Shown: positions 47,911 to 59,836 of the stretch, piece after piece | How the letters are laid out: each line of letters begins with the position of its first letter | How positions within the stretch are numbered: position 1 is the first letter of the stretch | NCBI GenBank assembly: GCA_012728915.1 | Contig: JAAYEC010000015.1 | Location: 23,082 to 87,081 of the forward strand | Source of the DNA: Deltaproteobacteria bacterium | Lineage (GTDB): Bacteria > Desulfobacterota > Syntrophia > Syntrophales > UBA2192 | Reading direction: 5' to 3' | DNA: 64,000 bases | Notes under the pieces: generated by a model | Database searches by the model: none | The model's input: only the letters and a program-made list of their open reading frames with translations | Told to the model about the DNA's origin: nothing | Position numbers and translations under genes: made by a program

Positions 47911-48854
47911 CCGAAACGCGGGCGAAACTCCAGGAGGGTGCCCGGAACGGATTGAAGCGGGGATGGGCGGCGTTCCTGTGGATGATCAAGATCATCCTCC
48001 CCATCTCCTTCCTTACGGCTGTGCTCGCCTGGACCGGGTGGCTGGCGAACCTGGACTTCTTGCTGGCGCCCCTCATGGGGTTCATGGGTCTGCCGTCCAT
48101 GGCGGCCTTGCCCATCCTGATCGGCGGGCTCACGGGTATTTACGGCGGGATCGCCGCCATGGCGGTGCTGCCCTTCACCATGGCCGAGATGACCCTGCTG
48201 GCCAATTTTCTGCTCATCTGCCACAACCTGATCCAGGAGGGTGTCGTCCAGGCCAAGTCCGGACTCAACCCCGTAAAGGCGACGCTTTTCCGGATTTCAG
48301 CGGCCGTGACCACCGTCTGGGTCATGACTTTTTTCATCCCCACCGATCCTTTTTCGTCCGCACAGGCCGGCGCGGTGGCCGCCTCCGCGCAGACATTTGA
48401 CGCCATGGCCTGCGAATGGGCCGTCTCGATGCTGAATCTCTGCGTGAAGGTCTTCTTCATCATCATGGCGATCCTCACGCTCCTGGAAATCGCCAAGAGC
48501 ATGGGCTGGGTCATGCCCGTCGTCAGGGCCCTGTCGCCTGCCCTGAAGCTGCTGGGGCTGAGCGAAAAGGTGGGCATCCTCTGGATGACGGCCGTCGTCT
48601 TCGGTCTCGCCTACGGGGGCGCGGTGATCGTCGAGGAGGCCCGGCAGGGGCACATCTCGAAGGAGGAACTCGAGGAGCTGCAGCTTTCCATCGGGATCAA
48701 CCACTCGATGGTGGAAGACCCCATCCTGTTCATGGCCTTTGGGATCGGCGCCTTCTGGCTCTGGGTGCCGAGGATCATCACGGCCATGGCGGCCACCCGG
48801 ATGCTCACCCTCTGGGTGTCGTGGCGGAAAAAATCCCTCAAGACCGCCGCTTGA
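47907..48854 (+). CDS. Nucleoside-recognition (Gate) domain membrane protein
   Basis: The protein is multi-TM and contains LLAPLMGFMGLPSMAALPILIGGLTGIYGG. Its GTG start overlaps the thioredoxin stop codon (GTGA). Confidence 0.7.
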   Translation: MTETRAKLQEGARNGLKRGWAAFLWMIKIILPISFLTAVLAWTGWLANLDFLLAPLMGFMGLPSMAALPILIGGLTGIYGGIAAMAVLPFTMAEMTLLANFLLICHNLIQEGVVQAKSGLNPVKATLFRISAAVTTVWVMTFFIPTDPFSSAQAGAVAASAQTFDAMACEWAVSMLNLCVKVFFIIMAILTLLEIAKSMGWVMPVVRALSPALKLLGLSEKVGILWMTAVVFGLAYGGAVIVEEARQGHISKEELEELQLSIGINHSMVEDPILFMAFGIGAFWLWVPRIITAMAATRMLTLWVSWRKKSLKTAA

Positions 48855-49125
48855 CTTTTTCCACTATCGCAGACAGGAGAGTGCGCGCCTCCTCGAGTCC
48901 GTTACGATAGGCCTCGTCGAAGGCCTCGTCGCCCATCCGGCAGGAGAGAAAAAGAGGGGTGTAATAAATCGACGTGAATTCGCGGACCTCTGCCGACTCG
49001 TCTCCGTAAAGGGACTTCAGGGTTTCTTCCGTCTGTTTTCGCCACCGGGCGAACCCCCCCGACACGGCCGTTTGATCCCTCAGCCCGTCGATGGCATCTA
49101 TCTGCTTTTTCAGTTCTTCAAACAT
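48838..49125 (-). CDS. Hypothetical protein (95 aa)
   Basis: The ORF begins with ATG and has a plausible composition. No family was recognised. Confidence 0.5.
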   Translation of the reverse strand: MFEELKKQIDAIDGLRDQTAVSGGFARWRKQTEETLKSLYGDESAEVREFTSIYYTPLFLSCRMGDEAFDEAYRNGLEEARTLLSAIVEKVKRRS

Positions 49126-49971
49126 TTTCCGGAAACGTTCATATCACATTGCTACGTCCGGGAACAGCCGTCCCTCGAACGAAGCAAATGCTTCGCCGAT
49201 GAAGCAATTGCTCAATCTATGCAACTTATCGAAATTCCTTATCGTTCTTCAATGGCGGGCCTCGTGACCCCGGCGGATGGAGGATATGCTTCTTTTTTTT
49301 CGATAAGCGCCGAGGGCACACGCATAAAATAATCAACAATATACGGATATTACAAACCTGCCCGGCCGGGCACGGCGATTGCTCCCAAGAAAGTCATCAC
49401 GGAAGATACGAGAGAAGGCGGCATCATGAAAAGTCTGAATGATTTCACTGAGATTTGTCAGCTGCCTGCTGATCCGATCCCGGCCTGTTCCGGAAGAACC
49501 CGGGCGCGCGTAGCGGAAGTGATGACGGATGACCCGATCCCCGTAAGGCAGGCCGGGCCCGCCGTCGGGAACGCGGCACGGGTCAGAAGGCTTCCCGGGC
49601 GCACCATAAAGTACACGAAGCGGGGGGCTGTAGGCATCATCACGGCGCAGGTGGACAATATCGGCGATGTCTTCGACGAACTCGATGCCCAGCTGGAGCG
49701 GATCGAGCGGGACGAGGAAGTCCGGGTCGTCGCCATCTACACCCTCAGCGGCCTGTTCGCCACGTTGTCCGTCCGCTGACCAACGAAGCACAGTCCGCCC
49801 GGCGGCGCGCCCTTCGCCGACCCGGGACAAACCTGACCCCCGGAAAACCATCTGGGGTGCCCCTGCGAGCCTCGCGCGTCGCCCTGTCTTCAGCGAAGAA
49901 AAGCCTTGCGGTTCGGGCACAGTAGCGTATCATCACGATGGGGAAAGGAAACCGGCCGCACCGGGGGGATC

Positions 49972-51637
<1,666 letters not shown>

Positions 51638-51651
<14 letters not shown>

Positions 51652-53008
51652 GATTCTCATCGTCGACGACGACAAGCTGCTGCAGGCATCCCTGGACGAC
51701 ATCCTGTCGGAGAGCTACGACACGCTCATCGCCGGCAGCGGCGAGGAAGCCCTGCGGCTGCTGAAGAGCCGCTCCGTCGACCTCGTCATGCTGGACATCC
51801 GGCTGCCGGGCATCAACGGGATCGAAACGCTCCGGCGCATGAAAGAGATGGGCGGCGAGACCGTCGTGATCATGATGACGGCCTATGAAGACGTCAAATC
51901 GGTCATCAGCTCCATGAAGATGGGAGCCTTCGATTACCTCGTCAAGCCCCTCGACATCGAAGAACTCGAAATCATCATCGAAAAGGCCCTCGAAAACCTG
52001 AAGCTCAAGCGGGAGGTCGAGGAACTCCGGCGGCAGTTCGTCAAGGAGTACAACCTCGACAACATCGTCGCCCAGAGCAACAGCATGAGACTCGCCCTGC
52101 GGCTGGCCGACACCATTGCCCGCAGCCACGACACCACGGTGCTGATCGAGGGGGAAACGGGAACGGGCAAGGAGGTCATCGCCCGATTCATTCACCATCG
52201 AAGCAGCCGGTTCAATAAGCCCTTCGTCAACATCAACTGCGGCGCCATCACGAAGGAACTCGTGGAGAGCGAGCTTTTCGGTTACGAGAAGGGCTCGTTC
52301 ACGGGTGGATTGCAGGAGGGAAAGCGGGGAAAATTCGAAACCGCCGACGGGGGCTCGATTCTACTCGACGAGATCAGCGAACTGCTTCCCGCAACACAGG
52401 TCAAGCTTCTCACGTTTCTCGAGGAAAAGGCCTTTTACCCCGTGGGCGGCTCCGAGAAGCGGCATGTCGATGTCCGGATCATCGCCGCCACGAACAAAAG
52501 CCTCGAGGAAGGCATCCGGGAGGGAACCTTCCGCGAGGACCTCTTCTACCGGCTGAACGTGGCCCGGATCACCATCCCGCCCCTGCGGGAGCGCCAGGCG
52601 GACATTCTGCCTCTTGCCCTCTTCTTCATGGACAAGTTCAACGAAAAATTCCGGAAGCAGTTCAGGACAATTTCCGAGGAAGCCAGGCGGCTGCTCCTGG
52701 AACACCCCTGGACCGGAAACGTCAGGGAGATCAGAAACGTCATCGAGCGCGTCGTCCTGATGGAAACCGGCGACGAGATCGAACCCGGCCATCTGGCCTT
52801 TATGAAAAAATCTTTCGGTGATGCCGCGACCGCGGCCCGGGCGATCAGACTCCCGGCGACCGGTCTGAATCTCGACGAACTGACGAAAGACCTGATCTTG
52901 CAGGCCCTGGAGCGCACAGGCGGACACCGCGGCCGGGCCGCCAAGCTCCTCGGCATCTCCCGCCCCACGATGATCTACCGCATCGAAAAGTACGGCATCA
53001 AGGTCTAG
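51638..53008 (+). CDS. Sigma-54-dependent response regulator (NtrC/AtoC family)
   Basis: The REC domain shows ILIVDDD...LVMLDIRLPG. The AAA+ domain shows GETGTGKE, the GAFTGA-type loop ELFGYEKGSFTGG and a Fis-type HTH (RAAKLLGISRPTMIYRI). The gene overlaps the kinase gene by 14 nt. Confidence 0.92.
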
Positions 53009-53017
53009 CCTCCCCGG

Positions 53018-53938
53018 TCACCGGATGATCATCCACCGGTACTCGCGAATGTGATCGAGGAATTCCAGGATCAACGCCTGCTCATCCGTCGAGCACGCCC
53101 GGGCGTTGAAGACGAAGCGGGCCTTTTCCGCGTTGGCGTAGCCGACCCATTCCAGGAGACTCCCCGTCTCGACCTTCCGGCCGAACGCACGGGCGACCTG
53201 TTCGAGGTGGGAGAACCGGATGGTATACTCCGAGTGGGCCGTGAGCCGAATCTCCCGCGGCCAGCCAGTCGCTTCGAGGCCCTTCGCGAGAAAGGGCATC
53301 TCCCGCGGGATGATCGGATCGCTCGAGTGCTCCGACAGAAACGCAGGCGCGCTTTTGCGGCAGATCGCCTCGACAAGCCGGATCGCCCCGATGTTGACGT
53401 GAAAAGGCCCCTCCCGGGGAACGGCAAGCCCGAAGCGGGCCACGACGGCCTCCGCATCGGCGGGAAGCCGCTTCGGGTCGAGCCCCGTCCGGACGGGGAG
53501 ATCGCCGATCATCTCGTTGATGATGAAAAGATCGATCCCGGAGAGCGCCGGCAGCACTTCGAGAGCGTCAGCCAGAATGACACTCACCCGTTCCTTCCAG
53601 GGCTCCATCGCCTTGCGCTGAATGTCGATGAGGAACCGGGAGAGATCCACCATCAAGACCCGCCTCACGAGATCCCCGTGAGCCTCCAACAGCCCCCGCA
53701 TCAGGCTGCCGTAGCCGCCTCCGATCTCGCAGATGCGGCATCCTTTCCACAGCAGCCCCCTGTCCCGCAACCGATCACCCAGGCGCGCCCCGTAGGTCCT
53801 TGCCAGCCCCAGGGCCCGGAGGGTCGGCGACCTCGGGCTTCCCAGGGATTCGCAGACGGTAAACTCCGTCATGAGATCGACGGGGTGGTGCAGGTGGTAC
53901 CGTCGGGTGTCGTGAAGGTCGGGCACGGAAGTGTCCAC
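53018..53938 (-). CDS. Class I SAM-dependent methyltransferase-like protein
   Basis: The ICEIGGGYGSLMRGLL motif is present. The start is uncertain; GTG 53938 has an AAAGGA RBS and ATG 53872 is the alternative. Confidence 0.65.
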   Translation of the reverse strand: MDTSVPDLHDTRRYHLHHPVDLMTEFTVCESLGSPRSPTLRALGLARTYGARLGDRLRDRGLLWKGCRICEIGGGYGSLMRGLLEAHGDLVRRVLMVDLSRFLIDIQRKAMEPWKERVSVILADALEVLPALSGIDLFIINEMIGDLPVRTGLDPKRLPADAEAVVARFGLAVPREGPFHVNIGAIRLVEAICRKSAPAFLSEHSSDPIIPREMPFLAKGLEATGWPREIRLTAHSEYTIRFSHLEQVARAFGRKVETGSLLEWVGYANAEKARFVFNARACSTDEQALILEFLDHIREYRWMIIR

Positions 53939-53975
53939 ATTTTTCCTTTCTACACGGCGGACACGGGTGTATAGA

Positions 53976-54371
53976 ATGAACGGGCAATTCGATATCTCGC
54001 CATACCAACATCCCCATCCCCGCGTCAAGCCCGGAGGATTCCTTTTGGCGGACAACCCCGACACCCCCTGCCTGCGCTGCGGCACCTGCTGCATGGCCAA
54101 CATGGTCGCCGACGCCGACCCCGATGACCTCGCGCGCTGGCGGCGCGAAGGCCGCGACGACATCCTGCGGGTCTGGCATGACGCCCTCTGGGTGGGCGAC
54201 CGTCTCTTGTCCGTCACCACGGGCATGGCCATCCGCGACTGCCCCTTCCTGGACTTCAGGGATGGGGTTTTTGCCTGCACGATCTACGAGACACGCCCCC
54301 GCGTCTGCCGGGACTTCGAGCCCGGTTCGTCAGCCATCTGCCCGCTGGGCGGCAAACGACCGCCCGGGTGA
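53976..54371 (+). CDS. YkgJ-family cysteine-cluster protein (UPF0153)
   Basis: CLRCGTCC...CPFL...CTIYETRPRVCRDF is present. Confidence 0.8.
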   Translation: MNGQFDISPYQHPHPRVKPGGFLLADNPDTPCLRCGTCCMANMVADADPDDLARWRREGRDDILRVWHDALWVGDRLLSVTTGMAIRDCPFLDFRDGVFACTIYETRPRVCRDFEPGSSAICPLGGKRPPG

Positions 54372-54661
54372 CAGGCCCCAGATCTCCGATACCATCGGGG
54401 ATCCCCGGAGCCCCGATGGCCATGAACTTCGTGGTCGCCCCGTGTGCCGGCGGAGCACGCGGAGAGGGACGGGGCGGTTCGAACCCGCCTTCGACGGGAG
54501 CAGGCGGAACCGGCGGGTCGCAGGAAGGCCCATTTTACTTGACAATCCGGCGCCGATTGTGGATATTCCCCGCGGAATCGATACCCGGTTGTTGAGTCAG
54601 GACGTCCTGCACGGCCAGGAAACATGACTCGACGGATCCCGCCGGACCCTGGCGAACCATC

Positions 54662-55006
54662 ATGACAAAAGCAAAAGCCGGCAAACCATCTGCCGCCAAA
54701 AAGCCCTCGACGAAAAAACCGACTCCGAAGAACGAAGAGGCGGTCCCGAACCCGCGCGTGGAAGCCCTCGAGGACATCAAGCTCCGGGGCCTGTTCCTGC
54801 ACGGATACGCCATCACGATCAATGCCGCACCGGTGATATTCGACACGGAGGAGTTCCGGGGCCTGGTGGACCAGTTCTACGAGGAGAACAGGGACGTCGT
54901 CACGCCCGCCATTCACCGCGCCTGCCGGGAGAACTACGAGTTCTTCATGACCATGGTCGAGAAGGCCCTGAACCACTTCAACACCCCCCCACGGGAAGAC
55001 CCCTGA
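54662..55006 (+). CDS. Hypothetical protein with a lysine-rich N-terminus
   Basis: The ORF begins with ATG and has good codon usage. No family was recognised. Confidence 0.55.
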   Translation: MTKAKAGKPSAAKKPSTKKPTPKNEEAVPNPRVEALEDIKLRGLFLHGYAITINAAPVIFDTEEFRGLVDQFYEENRDVVTPAIHRACRENYEFFMTMVEKALNHFNTPPREDP

Positions 55007-55357
55007 TCGGTGAGTTCACCCGTCAAATCCCGGTGCTGATCTCATTCAGCCATGCGAAATCATTGAGAAATCTACGACTTGACTTTCCTGCCGGTCCTTG
55101 GGATCATAGGGTCAACCATGTTGAGGGAGGATGGAGTGAGCGCTGGTGAGCAACCGGCAGGTTACGGGGTGTAAGCCCGGGCCGCCTGTCAATCCCTTCC
55201 ATCACCGGGGTACTTCCCGACCGTAACCTTCTCGAGCAGCTTCCCGCAGCCAAAACCGGACGGCAAACGTGCGCCCGCCCGGCAGGGGCTGCTGTTTCCC
55301 GATCCTCCAGGCGCCGTATCCGGCGAAAACCCGATCCCGAGCCGTTCCACCGGGGAG

Positions 55358-55615
55358 GTGTCTGCCATGATCACAAAACTTGTCCTGATTTTCTTCGCGG
55401 GCTTTGTCGTCGACCTGCTCATCACCAAGTACACGAGCGACGTGGCCCAGAGGCGCGTCTGGCGCGCAACGGTGCTGAGCGGGCTCATCACGGTCGCCAA
55501 CTTCCTGCTGCTCACGGTGATCCTGAAGGACAGCGCCATGGACGGCGTCTTCAGCATCATGGCTTTTGCCGGGGGCAACAGCCTGGGGACCTTCTTCGCC
55601 ATGAGACACGCCTGA
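55358..55615 (+). CDS. Small 3-TM membrane protein, DUF5698/UPF0316-N-terminal-like
   Basis: LVLIFFAGFVVDLLITKYT...RRVWRATVLSGLITVANF...IMAFAGGNSLGTFFA. A GGGGAGG RBS is present. Confidence 0.6.
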   Translation: MSAMITKLVLIFFAGFVVDLLITKYTSDVAQRRVWRATVLSGLITVANFLLLTVILKDSAMDGVFSIMAFAGGNSLGTFFAMRHA

Positions 55616-55715
55616 GAAAAATCCCTTTGCATCGCATTGCGCTGTGATAAGATGACCCCCCGGGGCCGGGCACAGGGCCCCGGCCGGGAGAAACGCCAGA
55701 CAGGAGGTTCATCGC

Positions 55716-56444
55716 ATGGGAAAGACCTTCGTCCTTTTTGCCCTCGCCATGATTGCGCTTGCCTGCAGCACGGCCATGGCTCAGGCGCCGGCGGAGCCCG
55801 GCACCCGTCCGCCGCCCACGGTGACCGTGACGGGCACCGGGGAGGTCCATGCCAGGCCGGACTTCGCACAGGTGCAGATGGGGGTCGTCACCGAGGGCGC
55901 CACGGCGGCCGAAGCGCTGAGGAAAAACAACGAAGCCATGAACCAGCTCGTCCTCCTGATCCGCAAGCGGGGGATCGAGGACAGGGACCTGCAGACGACC
56001 CACTTCAACGTCGCCCCGCGCTACAGGTACGACAAGGGCCAGCAGGATCCCCCGAAGATCACCGGCTACCAGGTCACAAACGAGGTCCAGCTGAAGATCC
56101 GCGACATGGACCGGCTGGAGGCGTTCCTGGACGAGACGGTCTCCGCGGGGGCAAACCAGGTCCGGGGGGTGAGCTTCGGCGTAGCCGAGCCTGCCGGGCT
56201 GATGGACGAAGCCCGCAGGAAGGCCATGGCCGACGCGCAGAGGCGCGCCCGGGTCTACGCGGATACGGCGGGGGTGAAGATCGGAAAGCCCCTGAAGATC
56301 TCCGAGCAGGCGGGCGGCCGCCCGGGCCCCTTCCCGGTTGCCCGCATGGAGGCCGCCGCGGCCTCCAGTGTGCCCGTCGCACCCGGCGAGCAGACCTTCA
56401 CCGTGAATGTCACCGTGAGCTACGCCATCGAGGACGGAAAGTGA
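55716..56444 (+). CDS. SIMPL/DUF541 periplasmic protein
   Basis: A signal peptide is present. The sequence reads VTVTGTGEVHARPDFAQVQMGV...ITGYQVTNEVQLKIRDMD...GEQTFTVNVTVSYAI. Confidence 0.8.
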   Translation: MGKTFVLFALAMIALACSTAMAQAPAEPGTRPPPTVTVTGTGEVHARPDFAQVQMGVVTEGATAAEALRKNNEAMNQLVLLIRKRGIEDRDLQTTHFNVAPRYRYDKGQQDPPKITGYQVTNEVQLKIRDMDRLEAFLDETVSAGANQVRGVSFGVAEPAGLMDEARRKAMADAQRRARVYADTAGVKIGKPLKISEQAGGRPGPFPVARMEAAAASSVPVAPGEQTFTVNVTVSYAIEDGK

Positions 56445-56452
56445 CGCCGGCC

Positions 56453-56827
56453 ATGGCGCAGAAGATCCGAATCACCGCCGGTTCCGCGGTTGTCCTGGCC
56501 GAGCTGTCCGATACGGAGTGCGCCAGGGCGATTGCCTCGACGCTCCCGATCGAGACGGTCCCGAACGAGTGGGGCGACGAGTTCTACTTCACCGTCCCCG
56601 TGAAGTTGCCCCTTGATGCCACGGCCACGAGGAAGGTAAAAGTCGGCGACATCGGCTACTGGCCGCCGGGCAGTGCGCTGGCCATCTTCTTCGGGCGCAC
56701 GCCCATGAGCACGGGGCCGGACCCGGTGCCGGCAAGCGAAGTGAATCTTGTCGGCCGGATCACCTCCGATGCGTTAATGCTGAGAAAGGCCAAGGGGGCC
56801 TCGAGCATCCGTATCGAAAAGGAGTAA
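56453..56827 (+). CDS. Cyclophilin-like fold protein (TM1367-like)
   Basis: KIRITAGSAVVLAELSDTECARAI...WGDEFYF...GDIGYWPPGSALAIFFG is present. The alternative GTG start at 56441 overlaps the upstream stop codon. Confidence 0.65.
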   Translation: MAQKIRITAGSAVVLAELSDTECARAIASTLPIETVPNEWGDEFYFTVPVKLPLDATATRKVKVGDIGYWPPGSALAIFFGRTPMSTGPDPVPASEVNLVGRITSDALMLRKAKGASSIRIEKE

Positions 56828-56831
56828 AACC

Positions 56832-57248
56832 ATGAGAGAGCTCGTACGGCTCGGCCTGATCCTCCTTGCACTCGTCCTCGTCGGCTGCGGCGCCACGAAG
56901 CGCCCTGTCCTGTACCCGAACCATCACCTGAAGGCGGTCGGCACGGCCCAGGGGGAACGGGACATCGACGACTGCATGCAGATGGCCGAGACCTACGTCA
57001 AGAAGAACCAGGAATCCAAGGTGGCCGAGGGGGCCGTGAAGGGCGGCGCTGTCGGAGCGGCTACGGGGGCGGCGGTGGGCGCCGTGACGGGCAACTTCGG
57101 CAGAGGCCTTGCAGCGGGAGCGGCAGGCGGCGCGGCAGGCGGGGCCACGCATGGACTCTTCAAGGCGGCCGAGCCGAGCCCGGTGTACAAGAACTTCGTC
57201 AACCGGTGCCTCAAGGACAAGGGTTATGAGCCGATGGGGTGGCAGTAG
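56832..57248 (+). CDS. Glycine-zipper lipoprotein
   Basis: A lipobox LVLVGC is present, with a Gly/Ala zipper (GAVKGGAVGAATGAAVGAVTGNFGRGLAAGAAGGAAGGA). Confidence 0.75.
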   Translation: MRELVRLGLILLALVLVGCGATKRPVLYPNHHLKAVGTAQGERDIDDCMQMAETYVKKNQESKVAEGAVKGGAVGAATGAAVGAVTGNFGRGLAAGAAGGAAGGATHGLFKAAEPSPVYKNFVNRCLKDKGYEPMGWQ

Positions 57249-57291
57249 GGTAGGGGGGGCCGCAGACCCTGGAAATATCGCCGATTGCCGA

Positions 57292-57957
57292 TCATAGATA
57301 AGGGAAAATCTCTTCGATCACCCTGTCGAAGTTCTTCTTCACGTTCGATCTCCCCGTTACCATACCCATGTGACCGGGAAGCAGGTACTCCACATCAAGC
57401 CTGGAGAGACTCAGGATGCTCTCCCGGAGGAGCTTGCTGTCGCCGCCGGGGAAATCGGATCGGCCCACGTTCATCTGGAAGATCACGTCGCCGGAGAAGA
57501 GGACCTTCTTCGCCGGCCAGTACAGGCCGATGGAGCCCGGCGAGTGGCCCGGCACGATGGAAACCTGGAATGTCTCCGCGCCCAGCTGCAGCTCCCCCTC
57601 CTTCAGCGGAAGGTTCACGTCCACGTCCGGCGCCTTGAGGCCGAAGAGCCCGTAGAGATAGGCGCCGGGGCCCTTCATGAAATCCATCTCGATCTCCGAA
57701 AGGGCGATCTTCACCCGCGAGCCGTCGAAGAGCGCCGAGGCCTCATAGTGGTCGGGATGCGAGTGGGTGTTGACGACGATCTTGATGTCCTCCTTCCCGA
57801 TCCCGTCCCTGGACATCCGCCGGAGCAGATCCGGCAGGTGAGCGCTCAGGCCCGGGTCCACGAGGGCCCCAACGGCGCCGCCGATGAAGTAGCTGTTGCA
57901 GTTGTTCTCGAAGTAGTTCGTCCACTCGTAGACGTAGAGGTTCTCGGCAAGCTTCAC
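57292..57957 (-). CDS. MBL-fold metallo-hydrolase
   Basis: The HSHPDHY motif is present, with PGHSPGS and LLPGH. Confidence 0.88.
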   Translation of the reverse strand: MKLAENLYVYEWTNYFENNCNSYFIGGAVGALVDPGLSAHLPDLLRRMSRDGIGKEDIKIVVNTHSHPDHYEASALFDGSRVKIALSEIEMDFMKGPGAYLYGLFGLKAPDVDVNLPLKEGELQLGAETFQVSIVPGHSPGSIGLYWPAKKVLFSGDVIFQMNVGRSDFPGGDSKLLRESILSLSRLDVEYLLPGHMGMVTGRSNVKKNFDRVIEEIFPYL

Positions 57958-58103
57958 GGCATCTCCTTTTCGCGGGCGGTGTCATGCGGTCGTCCAGTCT
58001 ATAGCCGATAGGGGCGTCGAAGACAAGGTCATTCTCCACTTTCCCGTTGCGTCCGGCGGAGTTCTGTGATTAGCAGGGCGGAAGAAGGGGGATCCCTGCG
58101 TCG

Positions 58104-58994
58104 ATGGAGCGACAGACAAGGGCCTATCTCTATGCCGTGGCAACCGTTGGGCTCTGGTCGACCGTGGCTTCGGCCTTCAAGCTGACCCTCGACCACATGG
58201 GTTTTCTCGAGATGCTTCTCGGGGCATCCGTCGTGTCGCTTGCCGCCCTTTTTGTCATCGTGCTGGCCCAGGGCAAGCTTGCCGCCATCGCGCATTCCTC
58301 AGCGAAAGACCTCGCTTGCTCGGCCGCCCTGGGGTTTCTCAACCCTTTCCTCTACTACGTGATCCTCTTCAAGGCCTACTCCGTGCTGCCGGCGCAGGAG
58401 GCCCAGCCCCTGAACTGGACCTGGCCGATCATGCTGGTGCTGCTCTCCATCGCGATCCTCAAACAGCCGATCCGTTGGGCGAGCGTGCTGGCCGTCGCGA
58501 TCAGCTTCTCGGGCGTCCTGGTCATCTCCACCCGCGGCGACGTGCTGGCCTTCCGCTTCACGAACCTGCCCGGGGCGCTCCTGGCGCTCGGCAGCTCCAT
58601 CGTCTGGGCCCTCTTCTGGATCTACAACGTGAAGGACTATCGCGACGAGATCGTGAAGCTCTTCCTCAATTTCGTCTTCGGGTCGATCTTCACCCTCGCA
58701 GCGGTTCTTTTCTTCGGAGAGCTTCGGGTCCCCCCTTCGGCGGGCCTCCTGGGGGTTCTCTGGATCGGCCTCTTCGAGATGGGAATCACCTTCGTCAGCT
58801 GGCTCAAGGCGCTTCAGCTCTCGCGAACGACGGCACAGGTGAGCAACCTCGTCTACGCCGCGCCCTTCCTGTCCCTGTTTCTCATCCACTTCATCGTCGG
58901 CGAAGAGATCCTGCCCTCCACGGTGCTCGGGCTTGTCCTCATCGTGGCGGGGGTCATCGTGCAGCAGTACGCGAATCGCTCAAAAAAGGCATAA
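58104..58994 (+). CDS. EamA/DMT-family transporter
   Basis: The protein has ten predicted TM segments in a duplicated EamA-like pattern. Confidence 0.8.
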   Translation: MERQTRAYLYAVATVGLWSTVASAFKLTLDHMGFLEMLLGASVVSLAALFVIVLAQGKLAAIAHSSAKDLACSAALGFLNPFLYYVILFKAYSVLPAQEAQPLNWTWPIMLVLLSIAILKQPIRWASVLAVAISFSGVLVISTRGDVLAFRFTNLPGALLALGSSIVWALFWIYNVKDYRDEIVKLFLNFVFGSIFTLAAVLFFGELRVPPSAGLLGVLWIGLFEMGITFVSWLKALQLSRTTAQVSNLVYAAPFLSLFLIHFIVGEEILPSTVLGLVLIVAGVIVQQYANRSKKA

Positions 58995-59232
58995 CAGACG
59001 GCGGGGACATTCGAAGACATCCGGAACGTCCTTCCGGAAAGCGAGGCCGCCATGAGGGGGTTTCCAGACGGGGGATTCTATGGCGCCTGAACGGCTCAGG
59101 CCGGGAGGGTTCTGCCGGCACGCATCACCGTCGCGTTCGTGAAATCCCGGCGGCAAGCGGGAACTGCGGGCGGGGCGAGGGAGTCGCGGTTGCAGTGAGT
59201 GGTTCGAGCTATTTCAGGGGACGCAAACGGCA

Positions 59233-59268
59233 GGCTCCCCGCCGTGCAGGTCGGGGAGCCCTTTTTCT
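59233..59268 (+). terminator. Intrinsic terminator-like hairpin, 240 nt after the EamA gene
   Basis: GGCTCCCCG-10 nt-CGGGGAGCC, followed by CTTTTTCT. Confidence 0.55.
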
Positions 59269-59285
59269 CGTGGTGGCCGTAATGC

Positions 59286-59561
59286 TCAGCCGATCATGGT
59301 CTTGATCGCATCGGCAACGGGAGAGGTGAAGAGGGCTATCATCACCGCGTAGAGCGCGAAGGAGCCGGCGGCCTCGCTCAGGTAGAGCTTCTCATACTTC
59401 TGCTTGAGCGAGAGGATCGTAAGCCCGCCGATCACGATGGCGCCGAGGTGGAAGTAGGGGAAGTTGTCCGCACCCGCGGCGGCGTATTCAGCAAAGCTGA
59501 AGGTGGCGGTGATGAGAACGACTAGGACGGTCAGGGCCAGCATCGAAAGCGACTTTTTCAT
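59286..59561 (-). CDS. Small hypothetical membrane protein (91 aa)
   Basis: A GGAGGAAA RBS is present. The protein has a signal/TM segment plus two further TM segments. Confidence 0.6.
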   Translation of the reverse strand: MKKSLSMLALTVLVVLITATFSFAEYAAAGADNFPYFHLGAIVIGGLTILSLKQKYEKLYLSEAAGSFALYAVMIALFTSPVADAIKTMIG

Positions 59562-59836
59562 TTTCTATTTCCTCCTTGCGACTGGTTTATTTCCGATCTT
59601 TGCCTTTCTCTATTGAAACGATCGTGCCAAGTCGCAACGGCGAAACAGAAAATTTGTAACTGCTGGTCATGATTGAAAAAACAGCGGTTCAGTTCAACCG
59701 CCCTTTGCGCGGGGGGGCCAGGAAAGGGGCTGCCCGTTGAATGGAACGTTCAACCGCGTTGAACGGATATTTCAAACGAAGATCTTCCCTGTCCGCAATG
59801 ATCCCCGTTCGGCCCACGGCCGAAGGGTCAGACGTC

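Noticed and set aside
55007-55357. Cobalamin, Moco, c-di-GMP-I, fluoride or TPP riboswitch, or SRP/RNase P/6S/tmRNA.
   Set aside because: I could not find any of the diagnostic cores. I searched for the B12 box GCCACUG with GGUG..AAUCC, CUGAGA for TPP, GACGCAAAGC for GEMM-I, GAGGAAAGUCCGGGC for RNase P and GGAAGCAGCC for SRP. None was found on either strand.
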